Translations under genes and position numbers: made by a program
Notes under the pieces: model-generated
Told to the model about the DNA's origin: nothing
The model's database searches: none
The model's input: the letters and a program-made list of their open reading frames with translations, nothing else
Shown: positions 1-9,200 of the stretch, piece after piece
How positions within the stretch are numbered: the stretch's first letter is position 1
Layout of the letters: every line of letters starts with the position of its first letter
Source of the DNA: Bdellovibrionota bacterium FG-1
GTDB lineage: Bacteria; Bdellovibrionota; UBA1018
Length of the DNA stretch: 16,060 nt
Direction of reading: 5' to 3'
NCBI GenBank assembly: GCA_051382295.1
Contig: JBBCAW010000127.1
Span: 1 to 16,060 of the forward strand

Positions 1-309
1 GGGGGGGGCCCGAACAAAGCCGCGCAAAAAGCGAGGGGGGGGCGGGTTTTGGGGGGGGGGTGTTTGGGGGCTAAAGCGGGGGGGGGCGGAGGCACAGAAA
101 TCAATTTCGCGGCCGTCAAAAAAGTATCGGTCACCGGACCTGAATCTGATGACATCTGGCATGAAGGTTTTGGGGGTACTATTTTTCAAATCGTCTCCAC
201 AAAACTTGTTAAAAATCAGGATCGGATAGAAAATTTAGAATGGGATACACCACTAAACCGCGCGCTTGTGGGATTGCCGTCTCGATCGCAGAAGGCAGGG
301 GGGAAATAG
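1..309 (+). CDS. 3' end (partial) of a Gly-rich-tailed protein, probable paralog of the 311-2800 protein
   Basis: Frame 1 is open from the window start to TAG at 307-309. GGGGG-TEINF...SDDIWHEGFGGTIFQIVSTK parallels GGGG-ILSF...DTDIWHAASKDSIFEIVTKR at the end of the next gene. The first ~90 nt are G-run rich and may be low quality. Confidence 0.7.
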   Translation, partial: GGGPNKAAQKARGGRVLGGGCLGAKAGGGGGTEINFAAVKKVSVTGPESDDIWHEGFGGTIFQIVSTKLVKNQDRIENLEWDTPLNRALVGLPSRSQKAGGK

Positions 310-310
310 C

Positions 311-2800
311 ATGTTAAAGAATTCACGCAGAATTTATTCCTGGATTGTATTGGCATCATATCTTGGTTCGATTGTAGGTGGAGTCGTCCCATCGATTGCG
401 CATGCCTCTGGCGATTCGATGCAATACGATAATACAAAATATACGCCGCCCGACGTGAGTGCGGATTGTAATGACATTTGTAGTGTGCTGGTAAGTACGA
501 ACGTAAATGACAGTTGGACCTCGGCCTCCAAGGGATCATGGACTGAGAATAATGCACCGACCACGGTGAAGGGCCTCCAAGGGGTTTCCGGCGCAAATGG
601 GACTTGGAGTAAGGCTGACGACGACTGGTGTGCTGCGCATGGTTCATCTACAAGTCGAGATGCGCCGACCGCTCCTGCTTCACCAGCTCCGCTAAAGATG
701 GGCGCAGATAAAGTGACTCCAGACGATTGTGGAACCAAAAAACCGATGCTCAGCACGGATACCATGGGCTGCAAACAGTACGGGGATAATCTTTTGCGCT
801 GTAATTATAAGAACAATGGGCAACTTGTGTCCCAATGTGCGGCTTACAAAAAAGCGGATGAAGGAAAGACCTGGGAGCTGATTCTTTTTGCGATGGATGT
901 GGCAACGGCCGCTTCGTGTGGAGCGGTGTGTGCGTCTAGCAAGTTAGGGACGGGCGCTGCGATTGGAGGTACACTGGAACATCTTTGTTCTTGGGCTGCG
1001 TGTGGAGCGGGATTAGCAGAAGTCGGGGCTGCGATTTTTCTTTCGAGTGATCCATTGAAGGGGATTTTGGGTGGTGTCGGGGGTGTAGAGGGACTCAACC
1101 AGTGCGCGAATCGCAACAAGGGTGTTCCGGGCGAAAAGCCCGCGCCTGCGGCTCCCGGGAGTAATGTTAAGAAGCCTGCGGTGAGCCTGCAGCCGATGTA
1201 TGATTATCGCATCCCGGTTCCGAAGCCTAAACAGATCCATCCCTTTATGGCGGCCTTGATGTTTGGCGGCGGATCTAAGGCGTTTTTGATGGGGATGTTG
1301 GGGATGGGAGAGGCGTGGGGGAAGGGGAAGAAGACTCCTGCAGATTTGATAGATGAAGCGGTTGCGAAAAAGAAAGCGGCTGATAAAGCGCAGGCAGAAT
1401 ATGATACTGCGAAGAGCGCTGGTAAGCCTACTAAAGAATTGATCCCTCTAGATATAGCTAGAGACAAGGCGGCAAGGGATGCAGCAGCAGCTTTAAAGGC
1501 GGTTCCCAAAGGACAAAAAGATGTTGCTACAGATAAGATGGCAGCGGACAAGCCAGCAGCGGCCAAGCCAGCAGCACCAGCAGCAGCACCAGCACCACAA
1601 GGGGACAAGCCAGCAGCGACAGCAGCGTCGACAGCGGACAAGCCCGTACCCACTTCAGACTCCCAAAAAGTGGGGGAATACGTCGATAAACAAACCACCG
1701 CAGATAATATTGACCCAAGTAAAGTAAAAGAAAAAGCTGTCGCTAACGCCGAAGCCCAAGACCTAAAGAGGCAGCTCAGTGACGGGGACAAAAAAGCGGC
1801 GGAGGAGGCGTTGTCGGGCGCAAGATCGGCAAAAGATGAAGGGGATCAAAAGCGTATTAAAGCAGAGACCAAAGCAACCGAAGACCGCGCGCTGAAGGAG
1901 GCAGAAACAGCCAAAGGAATTAAAGAAGATACCGCAAAAGCCGATGCTGCGAACAAAGAAGAAAAAGAATCACGCGGCACTGAGGCTTGTCTAACGATGG
2001 CGGTCTTTGGTGCGCTAGCGACCTACCGGTACATCAACTGGAAAAATCATGAGGATTCAAAAAACAGTTCGTGCGAGAGTGTGAAGAAACTCTACGATAC
2101 CGGCAAAGTTAAGTTTGACGCAAATGGGGATCCTAATGGAGGAGGCGGTGGTTCAGGAGGCGGTGGGGGTGGCTCCACTGCGAACGCAGGGGGTGGGAGC
2201 AGTGGCAATAAGTCCGCCGCAACGGCCGCCGGGGCGGCCGCCCAAGCGAAGCTTGAATCCTATCATAGTTGCCGAGATAAGGGCCTTTCTGAAGGAACTT
2301 GCTCGCAGATGGCGGGAGCAACAGATGGCGGAATCCTTCAACGCTCGGGCCTGGATAACGTCGCAGTTCCCGCCGCGCAACAAATGGATCTCGAAGCGCT
2401 GAATGATCATCTCAAAAAATCGCGAAACGCTGGAGAAGCGGTTGGCGGCGCGCTGGGAGGCTCCGGAGAAATGGGCGCGGCCCTCGCAAATCTCGCGCAA
2501 GCGGTGCAAGACAATGGTGCGATTAGTGGACTCAATGATTTGAGTAGCTCCGCGTATTCGGGCGGTGGAGGCGGCGGCGGTGGCGGATCTCACGGTGGCG
2601 GAGGCGGAGGTAGTGACAGCGGTCTCGGTGGCCTCGCTTCTCTCTTTGGCGGTGGCGCACGCACACCGACGGCCGGTGGCGGTGGCATTCTGAGTTTTGG
2701 TGCGAAGCCTGACACCGATATTTGGCATGCGGCGAGTAAGGATTCCATTTTCGAAATCGTGACAAAACGGTATTCGACGACATCGGAGCGTGTGAAGTAA
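311..2800 (+). CDS. Large secreted hypothetical protein (829 aa): Cys-rich N-terminal region, hydrophobic Gly/Ala helices, Ala/Lys/Pro-rich linker, Gly-rich tail
   Basis: ATG 311 lies 1 nt after the upstream stop, so it is preferred over the track start at 266. Sec-type signal MLKNSRRIYSWIVLASYLGSIVGGVVPSIAHA-S, long uninterrupted ORF. Confidence 0.85.
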   Translation: MLKNSRRIYSWIVLASYLGSIVGGVVPSIAHASGDSMQYDNTKYTPPDVSADCNDICSVLVSTNVNDSWTSASKGSWTENNAPTTVKGLQGVSGANGTWSKADDDWCAAHGSSTSRDAPTAPASPAPLKMGADKVTPDDCGTKKPMLSTDTMGCKQYGDNLLRCNYKNNGQLVSQCAAYKKADEGKTWELILFAMDVATAASCGAVCASSKLGTGAAIGGTLEHLCSWAACGAGLAEVGAAIFLSSDPLKGILGGVGGVEGLNQCANRNKGVPGEKPAPAAPGSNVKKPAVSLQPMYDYRIPVPKPKQIHPFMAALMFGGGSKAFLMGMLGMGEAWGKGKKTPADLIDEAVAKKKAADKAQAEYDTAKSAGKPTKELIPLDIARDKAARDAAAALKAVPKGQKDVATDKMAADKPAAAKPAAPAAAPAPQGDKPAATAASTADKPVPTSDSQKVGEYVDKQTTADNIDPSKVKEKAVANAEAQDLKRQLSDGDKKAAEEALSGARSAKDEGDQKRIKAETKATEDRALKEAETAKGIKEDTAKADAANKEEKESRGTEACLTMAVFGALATYRYINWKNHEDSKNSSCESVKKLYDTGKVKFDANGDPNGGGGGSGGGGGGSTANAGGGSSGNKSAATAAGAAAQAKLESYHSCRDKGLSEGTCSQMAGATDGGILQRSGLDNVAVPAAQQMDLEALNDHLKKSRNAGEAVGGALGGSGEMGAALANLAQAVQDNGAISGLNDLSSSAYSGGGGGGGGGSHGGGGGGSDSGLGGLASLFGGGARTPTAGGGGILSFGAKPDTDIWHAASKDSIFEIVTKRYSTTSERVK
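1540..1646 (+). repeat. Intragenic low-complexity repeats (GACAAGCCAGCAGC and GCAGCACCA units) encoding DKPAAAKPAAPAAAPAPQGDKPAATAASTADKP
   Basis: GGACAAGCC occurs three times, with tandem GCA/CCA codon runs between. Confidence 0.7.
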
Positions 2801-2801
2801 A

Positions 2802-3374
2802 GTGGGGTCAGAAGCAAAAAAATATGCGACCTACATCGACCTGTTAGCGTTGCCCGACCCTCTCGTGGGGGAGATCATCGCGGGCGAACTTGTTAAGTCG
2901 CCACGACCCGGACCTAGGCATGCGAGAGCTTCCTCGGTGCTTGGGAGCAAAATCACGAGTCCCTTTGATGAAGGGCAAGGTGGTCCGGGTGGCTGGTGGA
3001 TCTTGGATGAGCCAGAAATTCATCTCGGCCAAAATATTTTGGTCCCGGACCTCGCAGGGTGGAAGAAAGAAAAATTGCCGAATATTCCGGTCGAAAAGGC
3101 ATATTTTGAGATAGCGCCAAATTGGGTGTGTGAAGTTCTTTCGAATAAAACTGCGGGTTTGGATCGCGTAAAAAAACTTCCAATTTATGCGCAGGAAAAA
3201 GTCGATCACGTCTGGTTGATCGATCCGGATAAGAAGACGCTCGAAATCTATTCCAGGGATGCGGCCCGGTGGATCCTTCTTAGTTCGTTTGCCGGAAATG
3301 AACGAGTTCGAGCCGCGCCATTTGATGCGGTAGAGATAGATCTTGGGGCGCTCTGGTTACCCGATGAACTTTGA
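2802..3374 (+). CDS. Uma2 family (DUF820) PD-(D/E)xK-fold putative endonuclease
   Basis: Family motifs ATYxDLLALP, EIIAGEL-xx-SPRP-xx-RH, PDLAGW, PNWVCEVLS, DRVKKLPIYA, HVWLIDP. GTG start lies 1 nt after the upstream stop. Confidence 0.92.
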   Translation: MGSEAKKYATYIDLLALPDPLVGEIIAGELVKSPRPGPRHARASSVLGSKITSPFDEGQGGPGGWWILDEPEIHLGQNILVPDLAGWKKEKLPNIPVEKAYFEIAPNWVCEVLSNKTAGLDRVKKLPIYAQEKVDHVWLIDPDKKTLEIYSRDAARWILLSSFAGNERVRAAPFDAVEIDLGALWLPDEL

Positions 3375-3401
3375 TTAGCTCAGAACTCTGACGCAAGCGC
3401 T

Positions 3402-3417
3402 CCTGTATCGATACAGG
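3402..3417. terminator. Perfect 16-bp palindrome between convergent genes; possible bidirectional terminator or binding site
   Basis: CCTGTATCGATACAGG is its own reverse complement and abuts the HEPN stop. No U-tract. Confidence 0.35.
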
Positions 3418-3801
3418 CTAGCCTATTTGGAGCAATCCCAGCGTCTTTAAGGCTTCAAGGCAGCGAAGAGAATCTTGCTCAACATAAGATTGGTCCGGAA
3501 TAAAGTCTTCTGCGCCGTAGAATGAGGGAATTCGTTCTCCAGTGAGAAATTCAAAAATGGATTCTAGGCTGCAAAGCGCCGGTGAGTTCAATCCAGATGC
3601 AAGTTGATTTAGATCATGAGTCTTCGCAGGTTCAATTCCTTTTTCAAGCAGTTTGCCCTTAATATATAGTTCAATGCTCTCGCCCGCTTTTCTGACAACT
3701 CTCTCAAAGTCTTTTTTTAGGTGGCTTTCATGAGCTTCTTGCGCGATTTTAATCGCTGCTCTCAAGTCGTAATCCGCACGCCGTTTTTGTCCATCGGTCA
3801 T
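3418..3801 (-). CDS. HEPN domain protein (MNT-associated, PF05168-like)
   Basis: 127 aa, helical, with RADYDLRAA, AGESIELYIKG, PAKTHDL and ERIPSFYG. Lies 5 nt downstream of the MNT gene. Confidence 0.85.
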   Translation of the reverse strand: MTDGQKRRADYDLRAAIKIAQEAHESHLKKDFERVVRKAGESIELYIKGKLLEKGIEPAKTHDLNQLASGLNSPALCSLESIFEFLTGERIPSFYGAEDFIPDQSYVEQDSLRCLEALKTLGLLQIG

Positions 3802-3806
3802 AGTGT

Positions 3807-4268
3807 TTAGGCTACCTCATCCTTCGGAACCCACATCCAGCCACCTTTGGAGAGCAGGTTTTTGCGCCATAGGCCTTGCTGAATCCAGGTGCGCGCCTCT
3901 CCAAGCGATTCGGATAAGAAGCCATCGTCTTTGAGAACCCAACAATTTTCAGACAACGATAGTCGCAACCCTACAGAGCTTAACCAGCCTGTTTCGCTGA
4001 TCATTAGGGGTGAGCAAGAAAGCGGAGCCTGAGGGTGAGGCCGTTGCTTGCGCCAGGATTGGTTGAACGGAAGAAACCACTGGGAACGTTCATAAGGGGA
4101 GCGAGGAATCGAATCTCCAATCAAAAGAATATCGAGATCACTATTTTCCGTCAGCGCACCCGATGAAAAGGAACCAAAAATAGCAACGCAACGCGGCTCG
4201 GGCTTTAAAAGTTGTGCCGTTTGACTTCGAATCCATTGCGCAACTATTTGACGATCAGGTAGTTCCAT
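3807..4268 (-). CDS. Minimal nucleotidyltransferase (MNT, Pol beta superfamily); antitoxin-like partner of the HEPN gene
   Basis: VAIFGSFSSGALTENSDLDILLI matches the GS-x10-DxD nucleotidyltransferase signature. Gene order is MNT then HEPN. Confidence 0.88.
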   Translation of the reverse strand: MELPDRQIVAQWIRSQTAQLLKPEPRCVAIFGSFSSGALTENSDLDILLIGDSIPRSPYERSQWFLPFNQSWRKQRPHPQAPLSCSPLMISETGWLSSVGLRLSLSENCWVLKDDGFLSESLGEARTWIQQGLWRKNLLSKGGWMWVPKDEVA

Positions 4269-4276
4269 CGAAATCT

Positions 4277-4304
4277 ATCTTACAAGATTCTCAGGTCAGG
4301 TCAA
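4277..4304 (-). promoter_or_regulatory. Putative sigma70 promoter for MNT-HEPN, probably giving a leaderless transcript
   Basis: Minus strand TTGACC-N16-TAAGAT. The -10 ends 8 nt before ATG 4268 and no Shine-Dalgarno is present. Confidence 0.55.
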
Positions 4305-4696
4305 GAGCACCCGCCCCACCTGTTGAGAGCGTGGTCGAGGGTGGCGAATAATTCTTGCGCCACAAAATTTTCGGCGATGTACTCCTTATAAATTCTTAAA
4401 GACTCCATCGAAAGACACCAGATCATTGGGGTTGATCGTAGTCTTGCCGGCGAGGCTCAGTTTCTGCAGAATGTCTTGCGGATTGAGTTCGCCCCCAAAG
4501 ATCGTTTTGAGGGACGTGTATTTTTGGAAATTGAAAATATGGATTTGGGGGAAAGCTTGTTTTCCACAGGATTCGACGTGGTGCTTTTCCCAACTTGCCG
4601 AACACTCCAGAGGATAAATGGGAGGCGTCCTGATTTGCTTTTCCATTCAAAGAGTTGGCTGATTAAGCTTCTTTTGAATGGAGTCGGATGTGCCAT
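4301..4696 (-). pseudogene. Decayed AAA_14/DUF4143-type ATP-binding protein
   Basis: Family motifs are spread over frameshifted fragments: FKRSLISQLFEWK...PFILWSVRQVGKS (degenerate Walker A); GKQAF...FNFQ...LNPQDIL...LVSFD (Walker B region); YKEYIAENFVAQEL...RW (DUF4143-like motif). The remnant is far shorter than an intact gene. Confidence 0.8.
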
Positions 4697-4801
4697 TTTT
4701 TCATGAATTTGAGAAAAATACCCCGGGTAAAAATCATAAAAATGAGAATCTATTGTTGTGGCGCCGCTTGCTGCGAATCTTCCGCCCTTTTGGGTTTCTG
4801 G

Positions 4802-4878
4802 AACTTCTCAAATTGGGAAGTTAAGCGGCTAAGTCCCCAGGGCCTAACGCCCGTAACTTCACCAAATCGGAAGAGGCG
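4802..4878 (+). repeat. Diverged third copy of the hairpin-doublet (REPIN-like) element
   Basis: aACTTCTCAAAttgGGAAGTTA...GCCCgTAACTTCACcaaaTCGGAAG aligns with the 76-bp repeats at 14565 and 15586, in the same orientation and 1 nt longer. Confidence 0.8.
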
Positions 4879-4986
4879 GCGCACCACCGGCGCACCACAA
4901 GTGCGCCAGAGGAGTACCACAGGCGTCGCCACCGTTTAACGTCGCAAACCTCCGTATTTACACGCTATTTTCGCAATCCCAAATAC

Positions 4987-5016
4987 TTGACCAAAAAACT
5001 CCACCTATGTTACACT
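4987..5016 (+). promoter_or_regulatory. Putative sigma70 promoter for the lipoprotein cluster
   Basis: TTGACC-N18-TACACT with an extended -10 TG at 5008-5009. Confidence 0.6.
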
Positions 5017-5175
5017 AATCACTGGGGAGTCGTGGGGAAATCAAGCGGTCCAGCAAAACGTCTCGGGGTACAGGTAAAACATTTAAAGTAACGCGTGATA
5101 TCGCCACGACGCCCTCCAAGGGTCTTTAGTATTTCCGAAGACTTGTCGAAGAGAAGAAGAGGAGGACGTAGCCGC

Positions 5176-6270
5176 GTGAAAACATATACTCCAACCACGA
5201 CACTCATGAAGTCAACCCTCGCGCTTGGCGCGTGCCTCGCACTCACGTCTTGCTACGAAACTCCTCGCTCTGTACCTGCAAGCAATCAAGCTTCGGGTGT
5301 AAACGGGAATCTTCAAGCCGAAGCCTCACCCTCTCCCGGACCTGCAACAAGCTACGGCGCGGCCGGTGTAAAAATCGCAAAGATTATTTTCAAATCCTCT
5401 ACCGAGGGGAGTTTTGATTCAGCATCTGTCGGCGGAACGTTATCAAAACCCGGCTTGGGCGCGCAGGCAGTTCGCCTCTTCAACGGGGATGGGTCTGCAC
5501 TCTCAAGCGGTGGCCCAAGCGTCCCGACTTGGCCACGGTGGCTTACCTCTGTGGAACTCGGAATCAGTGGCGCAAACAATGCGTCGGCTCCCGGTGCGGA
5601 TTGCGCACGCTTTGCGGATCCCTCTGAAAGTACAAATTCACAATGCTCCATCAATTTCCCAGATCCCGCAAAACCCGGCGCGATGGCGGCAACGTCGATG
5701 CCCTGTGGCGGCCCCGCCGGCTTCTATCGCGTGAGTGAGTATGATTGCGCAGAAATTCCCACGGCGCCCGGAACGGGGGGGCCTTTGGATGGCGTCTATG
5801 TGCGCGTGCAACTCAATCGAGAGCCCGCGGCGATTGCCCCGGGAGAAAACCTGCTTGCGATTCTTGAATACACCGCTTCGGGCCTAAACAATGCGCCGGT
5901 GCAGCCCACGGATTGCGTGAAAAATGGCCAGCTTGCGGCCGAAAATTGTTCCGATATGACTTGGAAGGTTTTTATAAAGCAAACCTCCCTGGACGTCGTG
6001 CAACCCTTTCTGCTCTTGGCACCCCCGCTGCTTGTACGCAACCAGCCCGAGGGCGTCGTTGGCGGTTCTGAGATTCAGACGAAGCAGATTGTGATTCCAC
6101 TGGCGACCGATCCCGCGCTTTCAGTCATTCAATTCTCACGCATCTCCGGCGCGGCGAATGCAGCGCGCGCTTCTTCGATTAAAGCCCTTTGTCAGGGCGG
6201 ACAATCAGCCGGAAACTCGCCCCTTTGCGCGGGGATGGTCCTCTATTCGTTAACGCTGATGAGGTTCTAG
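5176..6270 (+). CDS. Predicted Cys-rich lipoprotein A (about 364 aa), unknown function
   Basis: GGAGGA at 5161-5166 precedes GTG 5176 (alternative ATG 5206; track start 5095). Lipobox STLALGACLALTS-C. Shares motifs with the next gene. Confidence 0.8.
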   Translation: MKTYTPTTTLMKSTLALGACLALTSCYETPRSVPASNQASGVNGNLQAEASPSPGPATSYGAAGVKIAKIIFKSSTEGSFDSASVGGTLSKPGLGAQAVRLFNGDGSALSSGGPSVPTWPRWLTSVELGISGANNASAPGADCARFADPSESTNSQCSINFPDPAKPGAMAATSMPCGGPAGFYRVSEYDCAEIPTAPGTGGPLDGVYVRVQLNREPAAIAPGENLLAILEYTASGLNNAPVQPTDCVKNGQLAAENCSDMTWKVFIKQTSLDVVQPFLLLAPPLLVRNQPEGVVGGSEIQTKQIVIPLATDPALSVIQFSRISGAANAARASSIKALCQGGQSAGNSPLCAGMVLYSLTLMRF

Positions 6271-6272
6271 CA

Positions 6273-9200
6273 ATGGTTGCTCTCCTCGCTACGCCATCAC
6301 GCCTTGGAGGTCGGCATAAAACGGGAGGGCGGGCGTGCATGGTTTTGAGCCTGGCCTTGAGCGCGCTTGTTGGCTGCACCGGCAACCCTCGTGCTTTTAA
6401 CAAAGGCGAAACCCCAACTGTCAAAAACATTTTACAAGACCAGCTTCAGGATCAAGCCCACATCGCCTCTAGCAGTGTCGGGGTGCGGGTGAAATTTCAG
6501 TTTCAGGACTTCTATTCGCTGGCGTCCCCGAATCGCCAAAACAGTTGCGCAGGTGATGCGCGCACTTATTATGACCCTTTGAAACTAACCGAAAATCAAG
6601 CACCATTGAAATTTCCAGATGACGCTTTGAATCCGTCGACCACGATTACGCCTTCGTTTATCAAAAACGTGTCGGTGGATCTGACCGATGCAAACACGCC
6701 TTCGACTCTCAATGCGGCGCTTTCATGCAGCCTAGGTTCCGACCCGAGTCTGCCTCCGCCTTCGAGTTGTGCGACGTTTGACTACGGCGCCTTGGGCGGG
6801 TTGGACGCTTCGCTGGGCGGCGGGGTCCTAATGGTCGGAGGAATCGAAGGCTCCTCCACGCTCGGTTCATCGCTCTACGGAGTATCGATTCATGCGCTCC
6901 CGCCTTCGGCTGCGACGAACCCGCCGAACGCGCAAGTGCCTGGACTGTTGAAAGCCGATAAGCCGATTTCTTTTTGGAATGATCTATCGAGTACCCCCAC
7001 ATATGCGGGTCCTGTCCAAGTTGTCGGCGCGGCCTCGGCGTTTAGCGCCTCGCAACGAAAACTTTTGCTTTTTGGCGGAAGCATTCCGAGCGGCACTTCT
7101 TGGAACTCTTCTTCGCGCGATACCTGGAGTTTGGAGGTCGGCACTCAGACCTGGTCGCTTGTGAAAACGGCGATCAACGTGGATGCTTCGATCACCACCG
7201 TGCACGATAAGGCGAACGCTACTGCGGTTTTTCAATTCTCCAAAAATCCCGGCGCGCGCGCGGGATTTGGTTACGTCGCGGCTCAGGGGTTTGCGCTGGA
7301 GGGGCTTGCCGGCGATTTTGATAAGACCGATCGCCTGATGATTGTTGGGGGAGTGACGCCGAATACAATAAACGATAGCAATGCGGCCACTTCGAGTACC
7401 AACCCTTCTCTGCTCTATCGCTTCAATCCGACCTATGGGCCCGAGTTGGTGGACGCGCACAACGCCACTAACGCCACTCTAGGCTTTTGGGTTGATAATT
7501 ATCACACCCAGGTAATGAGCAACATCAGTAAGACGGATTCTCAACTGTTGTTCGGAAACTACCCCTTAAGTGAAATGGGTTTTTTCGCTTTACGCCAAGA
7601 AACTACTAAACGGGGCTATCTGTTATCGAGCGGAGGCTTCAAGCTCCCCGCAAAGACTCTTGATAAAACGCTTGATGCCCCCATCTTCTTGGAGCCAAAA
7701 GAGGTTTCTCCTAACCGGGATTTTCTTGCGGGTAGCAAAGACATACCCTCGGATCTTCTGTCCGTCTCCAACTGGCTTCTCGATTATCTGGTGCTTTCAC
7801 CCGCAGTCTGGCATGTGGCCGCCCCTCTCAATAATATGCTCTGGTTCGGCGGCGTCAGCGCTCAGCGTGGATTTTCGCTCGTCGATAATGAAATCCTCTA
7901 TTTTGGCGGAACTTATTGCCGAGGGTATTGGTTTTCGGATTGTGCCGCGGTGACCGGTGCCACAACTCCGGCTACTGGCCAAAAGCCCACAGTTCAAACA
8001 AATACCGGTGCGTACGTTAAACTCGGCGCCGATCTCTCCGGTACGGGCGCGCGCACTCTTGATAACGGACCGCCCGTCGCCGCCGGGCTCGCTTCGGCGC
8101 GCGGCCTGGACCCCGCGGGCAAAGTCATTATCGTCGCGTGGGGCGGGGTGCTTGATGATTTCAAGACGGCACTTGCCAATGATCTTTATTATCTCCACAA
8201 CACCAGCGGGAGCAAAGCCACGTGGGTCAAAGTACAGGCCGAGGGTGCCGATCTTCTTCCTATTGCCGGGCAGGGGCAAGCCTACTCAAATTCTGCCTTA
8301 GTCTTTAGCCACGTGACCCACAAGTTCTACCTCTTTGGTGGGTTCTCCAAAGAATCAAAGAAGGTGCTTGATTCAACCTGGGAGCTTAGCGTGTCGGGCG
8401 GCGCTTGTACGGCGGACGCGAAGACCACGCCTTGTAAATTTGCGTGGAAAAAACTCACCGCCGAAAACGGACTTACTTGCTCACCACAGTGTCCTTCGGC
8501 GCGGTTCCTCCATCGAATGGCGGAAGTGAATTATTATAATCGCGACGCCGCCAAAGAACCGGATTGTACAAAATCTAATGAACCCTGCTCTTTTGGAATA
8601 TTCATGGAGGGGGGGACGGATATGAATCTTTTCCTCTCGGATCGTTGGATGTATGACCCGGTGGCGCACTACGATCCCGTGGGTAAGAGCTGGGTCGGGC
8701 ATTGGCAGAAAATGGACGAGCTGCCCCCGCGAGTATTTGGCTCGATGGCGGCGGTCGATCTCAAAATTGCTTCGACGGGAAAAACCTACCCGCGCGCGGT
8801 GATGTTCGGCGGCGAGACGGGGATGCGGACGGCGGGGCTGGTTCCGATGACCGCGCTCGTTGCGCCTTCGGGAGTTTTAGAATATTTTGTCGCGCCCACC
8901 TTAGGAGATACGTGGATTTACGACTTTGAAAAAGAGAGTTGGAATCGGGCCAAATTGCAGGGTGGCGGCAAGGTAACGGATCCGATCAACGAGCATTTTC
9001 CTCCACCGCTCTCGGGCGCCGTGATGATCACGCGGGACTTCAAAGGGGCTAAAGTTCCGGAGGTCTTTTTATTTGGCGGTCGAACAAAGGATGGTACGTT
9101 CGCCCCTCTGAGCAAGGTCTATAAGTTTTGCTTAGGTTCGGAGTCAGAGAATCCCAGCGCCCCCTACGATTGTCTTGATCCCCAATACGTAACCGAACCT

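Noticed and set aside
1..90. G-quadruplex or phase-variable poly-G tract
   Set aside because: It lies at the window edge within a Gly-rich coding frame and looks like low-quality sequence, so it cannot be trusted without reads.
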